This document shows, one piece after another, positions 20,379 through 30,905 of a DNA stretch of 59,712 nt. The stretch is from Gammaproteobacteria bacterium. Lineage in GTDB: Bacteria > Pseudomonadota > Gammaproteobacteria > Arenicellales > Poriferihabitantaceae. The notes beneath the pieces are model-generated. The model searched no databases, was not told where the DNA came from, and worked only from the letters and a program-made list of their open reading frames with translations. The stretch covers positions 1 through 59,712 of the forward strand of contig JAPPQJ010000028.1 in NCBI GenBank assembly GCA_028817015.1, written 5' to 3'. Position 1 is the stretch's first letter; each line of letters opens with the position of its first letter. Made by a program: the position numbers and the translations under genes.

Positions 20379-20714
20379 ATGTCCATTACATTAACTAAAT
20401 CCGCAGCCCAGCGCGTCAAATCCCACCTCGCCTCCTGCAACACCGGCGAGGAATGGCACGGGCTTCGCTTGAGCGTCAAAAATTCCGGTTGCTCGGGGCT
20501 GGCGTATGGCCTTGATTATGCGCGCGAGATCAACGAAACCGACCGGGTGTTTGAAAGCCGCGGGGTTAAAGTCATCGTCGAAAACCGGCACCTGGACTTT
20601 TTGGACGGCACCGAAATCGACTACGTTGAAGAAGGTTTGTCGGCGGCATTTCACTTCAAAAACCCCAATGTGACCGAGCAATGCGGTTGCGGCGAGAGTT
20701 TTACGGTCAGTTAA
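20379..20714 (+). CDS. Iron-sulfur cluster insertion/carrier protein, IscA/HesB (A-type carrier) family
   Basis: 'MSITLTKSAAQRVKSHL', 'SGCSGLAY' and the C-terminal 'CGCGESFTV' supply the three conserved Cys. Start set at ATG 20379 (111 aa). It stands alone, outside any isc or suf operon. Confidence 0.88.
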   Translation: MSITLTKSAAQRVKSHLASCNTGEEWHGLRLSVKNSGCSGLAYGLDYAREINETDRVFESRGVKVIVENRHLDFLDGTEIDYVEEGLSAAFHFKNPNVTEQCGCGESFTVS

Positions 20715-20793
20715 CCGCGCCGGTTAGCCGCTGGTTAGTGCCCGGGCGCCCGCCGGCTCCGGCATCCGCCACCCCGCCATTTCAGCCTGACCG

Positions 20794-22176
20794 ATGGTTT
20801 CCGTTGCCGTAAACCCGCCGCTGCCCGGTTTGCCCGGGACCGAGAAGCGGTTCTCGATTTTTACCCTGGGCTGCAAGGTGAACAGTTTCGAGTCGGAATG
20901 GATCGCCCAGCAACTGGCCGTCCAGCACCACCGGCGCGTGGATGCGAATGAAACGGCCGACCTGTGCCTGATCAACACCTGCACGGTGACCGCCGAGGCC
21001 GACCGCCAGGCGCGGCAACTGGTGCGGCGCGCCGTTCGCCGCAATCCGGCGGCGCACATTGTGGTCACCGGCTGCTACGCGCAGATCGACGCGGCCGCCT
21101 GCGCGGCCATACCCGGGGTTGACCTGGTGGTCGGCAACGACCGCAAACTGGATATTCCGAAGTTGCTGCAACGGCTATACGACGGCGACCGCGATTTGCC
21201 GCCGGTCATGGTCGGCGAGATGGACCGGGAAATCAGCCTGCCGTCGCAATTGCTTAACGCCTTCGATGGCCGCACCCGCGCTTTCGTGCAGGTTCAGCAG
21301 GGCTGCGACCAGGGCTGCACTTTCTGCATCATCCACAAGGCCCGCGGACCCAGCAGATCATTCCCGGCGGACAGGATCCACCGCCAGGTGCGGCAACTGG
21401 TGATGAACGGTTTCCGCGAGGTGGTGGTGTGCGGCGTCGATGTCGGCTCGTATGGCCGGGATTTGCCCGAACCGGACGGGGACCTGGCTGCGCTGCTGAC
21501 CCGGCTGGCCGCCATCGGCGGCGATTTTCGCCTGCGTTTAAGTTCCATCGACCCGGTGCACATCACCGATTCGCTGATTGACTTAATCGCCTCCGAGTCG
21601 GTCATTTGCCCGCAACTCCACCTCTCCATGCAAAGCGGCAGCACCCTGATACTTAAGCGCATGAAGCGCAGGGCGACCCGTGAAATTCTGTATGAGCGCA
21701 TCGAAAAACTGCGCCGGGCGGTGCCGCATATCGCGCTAAGCGCTGACATCCTGGTCGGTTTCCCCACCGAAACCGAGGAGCATTTTGGCCACACCCTGGA
21801 TGCGGTCGAGGACCTGGAAATCGCCTGGCCGCATGTATTCGCTTATTCGTCCCGCCGCGGCACCCCGGCCGCTAACATCCCGTCCCAGGTTCCGCCTGAC
21901 CGGCGCAAACAGCGCGCGGCGCGGGTCCGCGAACGCGGCGAGGCGGTGTGGAAAAAGGTCGCCGAACGGCGTCTCGGGGCGCGCCTCAAGGTGCTGGTCG
22001 AAGGGCGCGACCATTTGCCGGACGGCACCGCGTTTGGCCGTGCGGCGGATTATTTCCCGGTGATCTTCCAAACGCGGCCACGCGGCCCGGGGCAATCCCC
22101 GCAGTCCGGTGACTGGGCCGAGGTTGAGGTCAGCGCCGTCGGCGGGCAAGTATTGATTGCCCGGCAACTCGGCTAA
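20794..22176 (+). CDS. mtaB: Radical-SAM methylthiotransferase, MiaB-like (probably MtaB, ms2t6A37)
   Basis: UPF0004 N-domain 'FSIFTLGCKVNSFESE', radical-SAM 'CDQGCTFCII', and a C-terminal TRAM-like region. Confidence 0.7.
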   Translation: MVSVAVNPPLPGLPGTEKRFSIFTLGCKVNSFESEWIAQQLAVQHHRRVDANETADLCLINTCTVTAEADRQARQLVRRAVRRNPAAHIVVTGCYAQIDAAACAAIPGVDLVVGNDRKLDIPKLLQRLYDGDRDLPPVMVGEMDREISLPSQLLNAFDGRTRAFVQVQQGCDQGCTFCIIHKARGPSRSFPADRIHRQVRQLVMNGFREVVVCGVDVGSYGRDLPEPDGDLAALLTRLAAIGGDFRLRLSSIDPVHITDSLIDLIASESVICPQLHLSMQSGSTLILKRMKRRATREILYERIEKLRRAVPHIALSADILVGFPTETEEHFGHTLDAVEDLEIAWPHVFAYSSRRGTPAANIPSQVPPDRRKQRAARVRERGEAVWKKVAERRLGARLKVLVEGRDHLPDGTAFGRAADYFPVIFQTRPRGPGQSPQSGDWAEVEVSAVGGQVLIARQLG

Positions 22177-22186
22177 CGGCTATAAT
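22157..22186 (+). promoter_or_regulatory. Promoter candidate for ndk (TTGCCC-N18-TATAAT)
   Basis: Perfect TATAAT at 22181-22186, with TTGCCC at 22157-22162. It straddles the mtaB stop, about 95 nt upstream of ndk. Confidence 0.4.
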
Positions 22187-22281
22187 CGCCGCCCTTGAAC
22201 CTGAGCCCGCAACCACGGCGCGCGATGGCGGCGCGTTGCGATACTGAATTCATCGGCGAAGCATTTCGGAGTACTCATTAG

Positions 22282-22716
22282 ATGGCGATTGAACGCACCT
22301 TGTCCCTGGTCAAACCCGACGCGGTCGGCAACAACGCGATCGGCCGCATCTGCCGACGCCTTGAGGGAGCCGGCCTGCGCATCGTGGCGGCGCGGATGCT
22401 GCACCTGAGCCGCGAACAGGCCGAGCGATTCTACGCGGTTCACCGGGAGCGGCCGTTCTACCGCAGCCTGGTCGAGTTTATGATCTCGGGCCCCATCATG
22501 GCCCAGGTGCTGGAGGGCGAAAACGCCATCGCCAAAAACCGCGAAGTCATGGGCGCCACCGACCCGGCCAAAGCCGCAGTCGGCACCATCCGCGCCGATT
22601 TCGCCGCCAATGTCGAGCGCAATGCGGTGCACGGCTCCGACGCGCCGGAAACCGCGGCGCGGGAAATCGCCTTTTTCTTCAGCGAACAGGAGATTTGCCC
22701 GCGCACCCGGGGGTAG
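22282..22716 (+). CDS. ndk: Nucleoside diphosphate kinase
   Basis: '[15 protein letters not shown]', '[14 protein letters not shown]' and 'NAVHGSD'. Confidence 0.96.
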   Translation: MAIERTLSLVKPDAVGNNAIGRICRRLEGAGLRIVAARMLHLSREQAERFYAVHRERPFYRSLVEFMISGPIMAQVLEGENAIAKNREVMGATDPAKAAVGTIRADFAANVERNAVHGSDAPETAAREIAFFFSEQEICPRTRG

Positions 22717-22750
22717 GGCCCGGCTTCCCGACCGCTTTTCTTTTGTCGTG

Positions 22751-23914
22751 ATGATGCAATCCACCGCCACCAACCTGGCATCCCTCGACCGCGCATCGAT
22801 GGAATCGATGCTCAGCGACATGGGGGAAAAGCGCTTCCACGCCGCACAGGTGCTGCGCTGGATCTACCAGCGCCGCGTTACCTCCATAGACGCCATGACC
22901 GATCTCAGCAAGATGTTGCGCCTGCGATTGAAGCGGCGGGCGGCGATTCGCTTCCCCGAGGTCGCCGCCCGGCAGGTGTCCGTGGACGGCACGGTGAAAT
23001 ATCTGCTGAAACTGGCCGACGGCAACTGCATCGAAACCGTGTTCATCCCGGAAATCGGGCGCGGCACGCTGTGCGTGTCATCGCAGGTCGGCTGCGGCCT
23101 TAACTGCACTTTTTGCGCGACCGCCCGGCAGGGCTTCAACCGCAACCTGAGCGTCGATGAAATCATCGGCCAGGTGTGGGTGGCCGGACGCGAATTGGCC
23201 TCGTTCGGCGGCGTCAACGGCGGCGGCGCGGAGGGTGAAACGGGCCGCGATGCAGGATGCCCGCCATCCCCGCCGGTCACCAACATCGTCATGATGGGGA
23301 TGGGCGAGCCGCTGCTGAATTTCGACTCCGTGGTGTGTGCGATGCGCCTGATGATGGACGACTGCTCGTTTGGGCTGTCGCGGCGGCGAATCACGCTCAG
23401 CACCGCCGGCCTGGTGCCCGCCATCGACCGACTCGGCGCCACCTGCGCGGTCAGCCTGGCGGTGTCGTTGCACGCGCCTGACGATGAACTGCGCAACCGG
23501 CTGGTGCCGCTCAACAAAAAGTATCCAATCGCCGAATTGCTGCAAGCCTGCCGCCGCTATGCCGGCGCGCGCAATCGCCGGCGGATCACTTTTGAATATG
23601 TCTTGTTGAAGGATGTCAACGACAGCCCCGCCCAGGCGCGCGCGCTGGCGTGTTTGCTTGGCGATGTGCCGGCCAAGGTCAACCTGATTCCCTTTAACCC
23701 GTCTTTGGGGATTGAATACCGGCGCTCGCCGCGCCCCGCAGTCGAGCGTTTCCGCGACATCCTGATCAGCAGGAATCTGTTCACCGTCACCCGCAAGACG
23801 CGAGGCGACGATATAGACGCCGCTTGCGGTCAACTGACCGGCCGGGTCGCGGACCGCACCGGCCGCTCGCGCCGCTTCCGGCAACCTGGCGGCCAGCCGC
23901 CGGCGGCGGCGTGA
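22751..23914 (+). CDS. rlmN: 23S rRNA m2A2503 / tRNA m2A37 methyltransferase RlmN (radical SAM)
   Basis: '[13 protein letters not shown]', '[17 protein letters not shown]', 'MGMGEPLLN' and 'IDAACGQL'. Start moved from 22610 (inside ndk) to ATG 22751. Confidence 0.93.
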   Translation: MMQSTATNLASLDRASMESMLSDMGEKRFHAAQVLRWIYQRRVTSIDAMTDLSKMLRLRLKRRAAIRFPEVAARQVSVDGTVKYLLKLADGNCIETVFIPEIGRGTLCVSSQVGCGLNCTFCATARQGFNRNLSVDEIIGQVWVAGRELASFGGVNGGGAEGETGRDAGCPPSPPVTNIVMMGMGEPLLNFDSVVCAMRLMMDDCSFGLSRRRITLSTAGLVPAIDRLGATCAVSLAVSLHAPDDELRNRLVPLNKKYPIAELLQACRRYAGARNRRRITFEYVLLKDVNDSPAQARALACLLGDVPAKVNLIPFNPSLGIEYRRSPRPAVERFRDILISRNLFTVTRKTRGDDIDAACGQLTGRVADRTGRSRRFRQPGGQPPAAA

Positions 23915-23943
23915 ACGCGGTTGCCGGGTGGTTTCCCTGTTGA

Positions 23944-24954
23944 TTGCCGATTGCCCCGCCGGTTGTGTTCACCAAACGCTCTGTTATCACTTTGCCCGCC
24001 AGTCCGGGCTCGCTGCTTCGTGCAAAACGGGCTGAGAACGGCTGGTCGCGGGCCGATGTCGCCTGGGCGCTGTGCCTGACCGACCGGCAGATGCGGGCGC
24101 TGGAAAGCGACGACTATCAAAACCTGCCCGGCAAAACCTATATCCTCGGCTACTGGAAGGGGTATGCCAATTTGCTCGGTATTTCCATAGACCATTCCAT
24201 CGAGGCGCACAAGCGGCACCTTCCGCAAAGGCATTCAAACATCGCGCTGCAAACCGACCCGCAGCAAATGCACGGCAGCATAGAGAAATCGCGCCGCCGC
24301 CTGGCGTTTTTGTTCGGGGTGTTGTCGGTGATTTTTTTAGCCTCGCTGTGGTATTGGCAGCACCCGGACAACGGTTTTTTCGCGTCATCGCAGTGGCTGT
24401 CGGGCCCGCAATGGAAATGGCGCGGATGGCTTGGTTTGGAGACGCCGGCCCAGGCCGCTCCCGCCCCGCCCCCGCCATTCGTTGCGCCGCAGGCGGGCAA
24501 CGCCCGGGCCGCGAATCAGGAGAGGCGATCTTTGATGGATGAATCGCTGGTGGTGTTGCCGGAGCCGAATTTTTCCGAACAACCCGGCGGTTATCGGCTG
24601 AACGCGCAGCGGGGCGGGACGCTGCCCGGCCCCGATGACGCGCGCCTGGCGCCGCCTGCAGGTGGCGAGACCGCGCTTGTCGGCGCACCGGCTCAAGCGG
24701 CCGCGCCGCCGCCCGAGCAAATCATCGTGGCGGTGGAGGAAGAATCCTGGATCGATGTCCACGATGGCGCCGGACAACGCCTAATCTACCGCACCGTGGG
24801 TCGCGGGCAGCGGCTGACCCTGGAAGGGGTGCTGCCGTTCTCGGTGTTCATCGGCAATCCCGGGGGGGTCAGGGTGGAATATCGCGGCCGGTTGGTGCCT
24901 TTCAATACCGACCGGAGCGGCCGGTTCGCCCGCTTCAACATCGGCGCGCAATAG
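23944..24954 (+). CDS. rodZ: Cytoskeleton protein RodZ (HTH + TM + DUF4115)
   Basis: HTH 'LLRAKRAENGWSRADVAWALCLTDRQMRALESDDY', 'PGKTYILGYWKGYANLLG', a TM segment, and a C-terminal 'WIDVHDGAGQRL...G..L..EG..PF.V.IGN..GV.V' domain. The track start is TTG 23944, so the exact start is uncertain. Confidence 0.85.
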   Translation: MPIAPPVVFTKRSVITLPASPGSLLRAKRAENGWSRADVAWALCLTDRQMRALESDDYQNLPGKTYILGYWKGYANLLGISIDHSIEAHKRHLPQRHSNIALQTDPQQMHGSIEKSRRRLAFLFGVLSVIFLASLWYWQHPDNGFFASSQWLSGPQWKWRGWLGLETPAQAAPAPPPPFVAPQAGNARAANQERRSLMDESLVVLPEPNFSEQPGGYRLNAQRGGTLPGPDDARLAPPAGGETALVGAPAQAAAPPPEQIIVAVEEESWIDVHDGAGQRLIYRTVGRGQRLTLEGVLPFSVFIGNPGGVRVEYRGRLVPFNTDRSGRFARFNIGAQ

Positions 24955-24956
24955 CC

Positions 24957-26225
24957 ATGGCGCACAAACTGCAGGCGGTACGCGGCATGAACGATCTGCT
25001 GCCGGAGCAAATCGGCGTCTGGCACCGGGTTGAAGCGGTGCTCAGGGAGGTCGCGTGGTCATACGGCTATCAGGAAATCCGCACGCCGGTGATCGAGAAG
25101 ACCGAGTTGTTCACGCAATCCATCGGTGACCACAGCGACATTGTGCAGAAGGAAATGTATACTTTCATCGACAGCGGCGGCGAGAATTTGGCACTGCGCC
25201 CGGAAGCCACCGCCAGTACGGTGCGCGCCTGCAATCAGCATGGCTTGCTGCACAACCAGCAGCGACGCCTGTGGTATCTGGGGCCGATGTTCCGGCGCGA
25301 GCGGCCGCAAAAGGGGCGCTACCGCCAGTTTCACCAGTTTGGCATCGAGGCCTTCGGCTGGCCGGGCCCGGATATCGACGCCGAGGTGATTCGCGCCGCC
25401 GCCGGCATCTGGGGGCGGCTCGGGGTGGAGGATGTTCACCTGCAGGTCAACACCCTCGGCTCGCCGCAAGCCGGAGCGGCCTACCGCCGGGCGTTGCGCG
25501 CCTACTTCGCGCAGCACCGCCGGTGCCTCGACCCCGACAGTTTGAGGCGCCTGGAGACCCATCCGCTGCGCATCTTGGACAGCAAGGTGGCCGCTACCCG
25601 GGAAGTGGTCGCCGGGGCGCCCGACATCCGCTCGTTTCTCGACGGCCCGAGCCGCGCTCATTTTGACGGTTTATGCGAATCTCTGCGCCACTCTGGGATA
25701 CAATACCGGGTTAACCCGCACCTGGTGCGCGGGCTGGATTACTACACGGCCACCGTGTTTGAATGGGTCACCGACCAACTGGGTGCACAAAATGCGGTAT
25801 GCGCCGGCGGGCGCTATGACCAACTGGTGGAGAAGCGCGGCGGCCGGCCGACCCCGGCGGTGGGCTTTGCCATCGGCATCGAGCGCCTGGTGGAACTGGT
25901 GCGCGGGCAGGGCGGGGACGCCGCCCGCCCGGTCACCGATGTCTATGTGGCGTGCGCCGACGACCAGGGGCGCGCGGAGGCGGTGAGCGTGTCTGAGATG
26001 TTGCGGCGCGCAGGCTTTGCTGTGACCACCCATTGCGGCTGCGGTAAACTTAACAAGCAGATGAAAAGGGCCGATCAAAGCGGCGCGCGGGTGGCGGTGA
26101 TAACCGGGCTTGTGCAGACCGCCGAAGCGGTGCAGGCCAAGCCGCTGCGCAACCAGGGGGTCGAACAGCGGGTCAGCATTGATGCGCTGGTGGACTGGTG
26201 TCGAACTTATACTGAGCGAAGTTGA
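24957..26225 (+). CDS. hisS: Histidine--tRNA ligase
   Basis: 'AVRGMNDLLP', 'LRPE.TAS..R', 'YLGPMFRRERPQKGRYRQFHQFG' and 'GGGRYD.L'. Begins 2 nt after the rodZ stop. Confidence 0.96.
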   Translation: MAHKLQAVRGMNDLLPEQIGVWHRVEAVLREVAWSYGYQEIRTPVIEKTELFTQSIGDHSDIVQKEMYTFIDSGGENLALRPEATASTVRACNQHGLLHNQQRRLWYLGPMFRRERPQKGRYRQFHQFGIEAFGWPGPDIDAEVIRAAAGIWGRLGVEDVHLQVNTLGSPQAGAAYRRALRAYFAQHRRCLDPDSLRRLETHPLRILDSKVAATREVVAGAPDIRSFLDGPSRAHFDGLCESLRHSGIQYRVNPHLVRGLDYYTATVFEWVTDQLGAQNAVCAGGRYDQLVEKRGGRPTPAVGFAIGIERLVELVRGQGGDAARPVTDVYVACADDQGRAEAVSVSEMLRRAGFAVTTHCGCGKLNKQMKRADQSGARVAVITGLVQTAEAVQAKPLRNQGVEQRVSIDALVDWCRTYTERS

Positions 26226-26229
26226 GAAA

Positions 26230-26937
26230 ATGGCGGAACCAAACAAAACCCAATTTGCCGACTCGGACCTGCAAAGGGCCAAGGTGTGGTGGAAAGAATA
26301 CGGCCGGGCGATGGTTGGCGGTGCCGTGATCGGCCTGTCCGCCGTGGTCGGCTTCAACTATTGGCAGCATCGCGAACAAACCCGGGTGGAAACGGCGTCC
26401 AACTTGTTTGAAGACTTGCGGGACCTGGTTGCAATGGAAGCCGGGGCTGCGGCGGCGGATGAAGAGGCCGATGCGGTTGAAAATGAGCCGGCCGAGTCCG
26501 GGACCGCCGAGGCCATTGAATCCACCGCCGACCGGTTGATGACCGATTACCCCGCCACGCCTTATGCCACCCATGCCGCTTTTGTGCTGGCCAAACATTT
26601 CGTTGAAAGCGGCCAACTCGACCAGGCCGGGCAGGCGCTCGAGTGGATTCTCGACAACGCCGAGGACAGCTCTTTGCAGCACATCGCGCGTTTGCGCCTG
26701 GCCTCGGTGCTGCTGGCCAAAGAGGAAACGGATTCGGCGATCAGTTTACTGCAGGCCCAAGTCAACGATACCGCCGGATTCACCGCCCTCTACAACGAAC
26801 TGGTCGGTGACGCCTACCTGCAAAATGGGGACCTCGTCGGCGCCCGCAGCGCGTATCAAAGCAGCATGGAACAGTTGCCCCCGGAATCGGTCGGGCGCTT
26901 TTTGATCCAACTTAAACTGGACGGTCTGGGCGGTTGA
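26230..26937 (+). CDS. yfgM: YfgM-family TPR membrane protein (ancillary SecYEG translocon subunit)
   Basis: N-terminal 'WWKEYGRAMVGGAVIGL' TM anchor, with a C-terminal region collinear with E. coli YfgM ('LRLASVLL...GDAYLQNGDLVGARSAY'). Start moved to ATG 26230. Confidence 0.8.
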   Translation: MAEPNKTQFADSDLQRAKVWWKEYGRAMVGGAVIGLSAVVGFNYWQHREQTRVETASNLFEDLRDLVAMEAGAAAADEEADAVENEPAESGTAEAIESTADRLMTDYPATPYATHAAFVLAKHFVESGQLDQAGQALEWILDNAEDSSLQHIARLRLASVLLAKEETDSAISLLQAQVNDTAGFTALYNELVGDAYLQNGDLVGARSAYQSSMEQLPPESVGRFLIQLKLDGLGG

Positions 26938-26938
26938 G

Positions 26939-28117
26939 GTGAAGCGGTTTGTGGTGTGTCTGGTGGGTGCCGGGTTGCTCATCTCGGGTTGCAAATCCAG
27001 GGACCGGGGCACTGAATGGGGAACCTACCAGGAGCCAACCGTGCCGCAGGCGCTGCCTGAGGCCGCCGGGCTTTCGGAACTCAACGTGTTGTGGCGGCGC
27101 AACCTCGGCGCCGGCGCCGAAGACGGCTACGCGCTTTTGGAGCCGGCCTATGGCGGCGATGGAATCTACGCCGCCAGCCGCAGCGGCAGGGTGTTCAAAC
27201 TTGCCCCCGAAGACGGCTCGATTCGCTGGCAGCGCGACCTCGGGGCGGAGATTTTTTCCGGGGTTGGTGTGCACGGTCAGGTCGAGGTGGCGGTGGTTGC
27301 GCTGGACGACGGCACGCTCATGGCCCTGGACACCGGCACCGGCGAAACCCTGTGGGAGGCGGCGCTGGGCCGCCAGATTTCCGCCGTCCCGGTGGTCGGC
27401 AGCGAGCGGGTCATCGCCCGCACCGCCGACGGCCTGGTGGTCGGTCTGGACGCCGGCGCCGGCGACACCGTGTGGTCATTCCAGCGCGAGGTGCCCGGCC
27501 TCAGCGTGCACGGCGACTCGCCGCCGTTGATCAGCGGCGATGCGGTGTTCGTCGGCCTGGCCAACGGTAAATTGCTCGCCAACAGCGTGGTCACCGGGCG
27601 TGAATACTGGGAAACCGAGGTGTCGCTGGCCACCGGCCGCAACGAACTGGAGCGCCTGACCGACTCCGACACCGCGCCGCTGGTCTCGGCGACCACGCTG
27701 TATACGGCGACCTATCAGGGGCATGTGGCGGCGCTGCAATTGCGGGATGCGGCGCTTAAGTGGAAGGCCAGGGTCTCGTCGCGATTGCCGATGTCCATAG
27801 GGGGCGGCAGGCTGCTGGTCACCAGCGAACTCGGAGAAGTGGTCGCCCTGGACGCCGAATCGGGCGACCTCCTGTGGACCCAGGAAGGTTTTCGCGGCCA
27901 CGGCATGAGCCGTCCGCTGGTGATCGGCGGGCGCGTCATCGTCGGCGACGCGCGCGGCAACATTTATTCGCTGGATTCGGGCGACGGCGCATTGCTGGAA
28001 AAACGCAGCGTGGTGAACGGCGCGGTGGTGGCGCTGGTTCCGGGCCCCGGCCAGTTCGCGGTGTTGTCATCCACGGGCCGCCTCAGCGTCCTGTCGCTGC
28101 GCACCGCGCAGAATTGA
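26939..28117 (+). CDS. bamB: Outer-membrane protein assembly factor BamB
   Basis: Lipobox 'LLISGC' and repeated PQQ-like beta-propeller blades ('G.L.ALD..TG...W'). GTG start. Position yfgM-bamB-der. Confidence 0.9.
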   Translation: MKRFVVCLVGAGLLISGCKSRDRGTEWGTYQEPTVPQALPEAAGLSELNVLWRRNLGAGAEDGYALLEPAYGGDGIYAASRSGRVFKLAPEDGSIRWQRDLGAEIFSGVGVHGQVEVAVVALDDGTLMALDTGTGETLWEAALGRQISAVPVVGSERVIARTADGLVVGLDAGAGDTVWSFQREVPGLSVHGDSPPLISGDAVFVGLANGKLLANSVVTGREYWETEVSLATGRNELERLTDSDTAPLVSATTLYTATYQGHVAALQLRDAALKWKARVSSRLPMSIGGGRLLVTSELGEVVALDAESGDLLWTQEGFRGHGMSRPLVIGGRVIVGDARGNIYSLDSGDGALLEKRSVVNGAVVALVPGPGQFAVLSSTGRLSVLSLRTAQN

Positions 28118-28178
28118 CCCCGTCGCCGGCGCACGCACTTCGCCGAGATGCCCCGCCTATCCCCCGCGCCCTGGCCCG

Positions 28179-29555
28179 ATGCTCCCCGTGCTTGCCCTGG
28201 TTGGAAGGCCGAATGTCGGCAAATCCACACTGTTCAACCGCTTGACCGGCTCGCGTGACGCGATTGTCGACGACCAGCCGGGGGTAACCCGCGACCGCCT
28301 GTATGGCCGCGGCAGAATCGGCGGCAAGGGGTTTTTGGCGGTGGATACCGGCGGCCTGGAGGACGCGCGCGGCGATAACCCGTTCGGCGCGCTCATCCGC
28401 CGGCAGGTGGCGTTGGCCATCGACGAAGCGCAGGTGGTGCTGTTCATGGTCGACGCCGAAGACGGGCTGGTCGCGCAAGACCGCGACCTCGGCGCGCAGT
28501 TGCGAAGCAGCGGGGCGCCGGTGCTGGTGCTGGTTAACAAAAGCGAGGGCGTGGAATCCGAACTGGCGGCCGCGGAATTCCAGGAACTGGGACTGGGCGC
28601 GCCGTTCGCCGTCTCGGCCAGACGCGGCGACGGGGTGGGGGAAATGCTGGAGGCGGCGCTGGTCGGCTATGCCGCCGGCGGCGAGCCCGAGGAGGCCGGC
28701 CTTCCGGTCATCGCCCTGGCCGGGCGGCCCAATGCCGGAAAATCCACCCTCGCCAACCGGCTGGTGGGGGCGCCGCGGATGCTGGTCAGCGAGGTGCCGG
28801 GCACGACCCGCGACAGCGTGCGGATTCCGCTGTGCATCGACGGCCACAGCGGCATCCTCATCGACACCGCCGGGGTGCGCAGGAAATCCCGCGTGCGCGC
28901 CAGCGAGGTCATCGAAAAATTCTCGGTCATCAAAGCGCTGCAAGCGGTCGAGCAGGCCAATGTGGTGTTGCTGGTGCTGGATGCGAGTTGTGAAATCGGT
29001 TTTCAGGACGCCGCCATCGCCGGCATGGTGCGCGACTTGGGGCGCTCGTTGGTGGTGGCGGTCAACAAATGGGACCGGTTGGAGGGCCGCCAGCGCCGCA
29101 GAATCAAGGATGAACTGCACCTCAAACTGCCGTTTCTGCCCGACCCGGAAATTCTTTTCATCTCCGCGTTGCGCGGCTCCAACATCGCGCAAGTCATGCC
29201 GGCGGCGATGCGCGCCTACCGCAGCGCGATGGTGAATTTGCCCACTTCAAGCGTCAACCGCACGCTGGAAAAGGCGGTCGCGCATATGCCGCCGCCGCTG
29301 CACAAGCGCCGCCCGGTGCGCCTCAAGTTCGCGCATCAATCCGGCAAAAACCCGCCGGTCATCGTGGTGCACGGCAACCTGGCCGGCAAACTCCCGGACA
29401 GTTACCGCAGATATCTGGCCAACTATTTCGCCCGCGCCTACCGCCTGACCGGCACCCCGGTGCGCATCATTCCCCGCACCGGGGACAACCCGTTTGCGCC
29501 CGGAAAACCGGCGGCGCGGCGGCGCGGGAAACGGTCGGGGAAACGGCGGCTGTAA
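28179..29555 (+). CDS. der: Ribosome-biogenesis GTPase Der (EngA)
   Basis: Two G-domains ('GRPNVGKSTLFNRL' and 'GRPNAGKSTLANRL'; 'DTGG' and 'DTAG'; 'NKSE' and 'NKWD') plus a KH-like C-terminus. Confidence 0.96.
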   Translation: MLPVLALVGRPNVGKSTLFNRLTGSRDAIVDDQPGVTRDRLYGRGRIGGKGFLAVDTGGLEDARGDNPFGALIRRQVALAIDEAQVVLFMVDAEDGLVAQDRDLGAQLRSSGAPVLVLVNKSEGVESELAAAEFQELGLGAPFAVSARRGDGVGEMLEAALVGYAAGGEPEEAGLPVIALAGRPNAGKSTLANRLVGAPRMLVSEVPGTTRDSVRIPLCIDGHSGILIDTAGVRRKSRVRASEVIEKFSVIKALQAVEQANVVLLVLDASCEIGFQDAAIAGMVRDLGRSLVVAVNKWDRLEGRQRRRIKDELHLKLPFLPDPEILFISALRGSNIAQVMPAAMRAYRSAMVNLPTSSVNRTLEKAVAHMPPPLHKRRPVRLKFAHQSGKNPPVIVVHGNLAGKLPDSYRRYLANYFARAYRLTGTPVRIIPRTGDNPFAPGKPAARRRGKRSGKRRL

Positions 29556-29557
29556 AA

Positions 29558-30886
29558 TTACTCCTCCACCCGCCCCTCCACCACGCACAGAAACCTGCCG
29601 CGGGCGACGCGGGCGGTCAGTATTTGGCCTTTGCGGGTTTTATCGGCATCGGTTACCACCTCGCGGCGCTCGTCGTGGAGGATGGCGTAGCCGCGTTCCA
29701 GGGTGTGGGCCGGGCTCATCAGGTGTAATTCACTGGCCAGGTGGTCGAGAACATGGCGGGCGGCTTTGAGGCGGGCGGCGGCGGCGGCGGTCAGGCGGTG
29801 GCGCGTGGCGGCGAGATCCTGGCGGTTATGCGCGAGCGCCGCCTGCGGCGAGTGATAGCGCAGCTCCGCGGCTTGCTGGCGGACAAGTTGGCGGTGCCGG
29901 CCCAGGCGGTCGTTGATTAAGTGGAGCAGTTCGCCGGCCAATGCGCGGCGCGACTGTTCGGCCAACTGCAGGCGGTCGCGCGGGTGCGCCAGGCGGGCGG
30001 CGGTGTAGTCCAGTTTCAACCTCAAGTCGTCGATGGCGCGCTGAACGCCGTCGCGCAAGCGGCCGGCTTGGCGGTCGATGTCGGTTTGCAACTGCGCCAG
30101 TTCCGGGGCCACCATTTCCGCCGCCGCGGTCGGCGTCGGGGCGCGCCGGTCGGCCACCAGGTCGGCGATGGTGAAGTCCACCTCGTGGCCGATGGCGCTG
30201 ACCACCGGCAACTGGGAAGCGAAAATGGCGCGCGCCACCCGTTCGTCGTTGAACGCCTGCAAGTCCTCCAGCGAGCCGCCGCCGCGCGCCACGATGAGAA
30301 CCTCCGCGTCGCGCCGCCGATTGGCGATGTCCAACATGTCGATGAGTTCATCCGCGGCGCGTTCGCCCTGCACTGACGCCGGATAGACCACCAGCCGGGC
30401 GAGCCGGTAGCGGCGTTTGAGGGTGACGCGAATGTCGTGCAGCGCGGCGCCGCTTGGCGAACTGATGACGCCGATGCTGCCCGGACAGGCCGGCAACGGT
30501 TGTTTGTGCCGGTCGGCGAACAAACCCTCGGCCGACAATTGCCGTTTCAGCCGCTCAAACTCGCGCCGCAATGCGCCTTCGCCGGCGTCTTCCAGGTGGT
30601 CGACGATGAGTTGTAAATCGCCGCGCGTTGCATACACCGAAATCCGCCCGCGCAGCAGCGCCTGCATGCCGTCGGCGGGCGCGTTGGCGCACTGCCGCAG
30701 GCGGTTGCTGAACAGCGCGCAGCGCAACGCCGCATCGTCATCGACCAGCGAAAAATATTTGTGCCCGGAGCGCGGCTCGGAAAGGTTGGATATTTCGCCT
30801 TCGACCCAAATCTCGCCATACCGCGTCTCGAGCGCATCGCGGAGTTCGCCGACCAGGCGCTTAACCGAATAGACGTCGCGCATCAT
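29558..30886 (-). CDS. xseA: Exodeoxyribonuclease VII large subunit
   Basis: OB-fold N-terminus 'VSVKRLVGELRDALE...IWVEGEISN' and 'IGVISSPSGAALHDI'. Start moved to ATG 30886. Its stop lies 2 nt from the der stop (convergent). Confidence 0.92.
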   Translation of the reverse strand: MMRDVYSVKRLVGELRDALETRYGEIWVEGEISNLSEPRSGHKYFSLVDDDAALRCALFSNRLRQCANAPADGMQALLRGRISVYATRGDLQLIVDHLEDAGEGALRREFERLKRQLSAEGLFADRHKQPLPACPGSIGVISSPSGAALHDIRVTLKRRYRLARLVVYPASVQGERAADELIDMLDIANRRRDAEVLIVARGGGSLEDLQAFNDERVARAIFASQLPVVSAIGHEVDFTIADLVADRRAPTPTAAAEMVAPELAQLQTDIDRQAGRLRDGVQRAIDDLRLKLDYTAARLAHPRDRLQLAEQSRRALAGELLHLINDRLGRHRQLVRQQAAELRYHSPQAALAHNRQDLAATRHRLTAAAAARLKAARHVLDHLASELHLMSPAHTLERGYAILHDERREVVTDADKTRKGQILTARVARGRFLCVVEGRVEE

Positions 30887-30905
30887 CGCCGGCCTCTTCA
30901 CGCGC

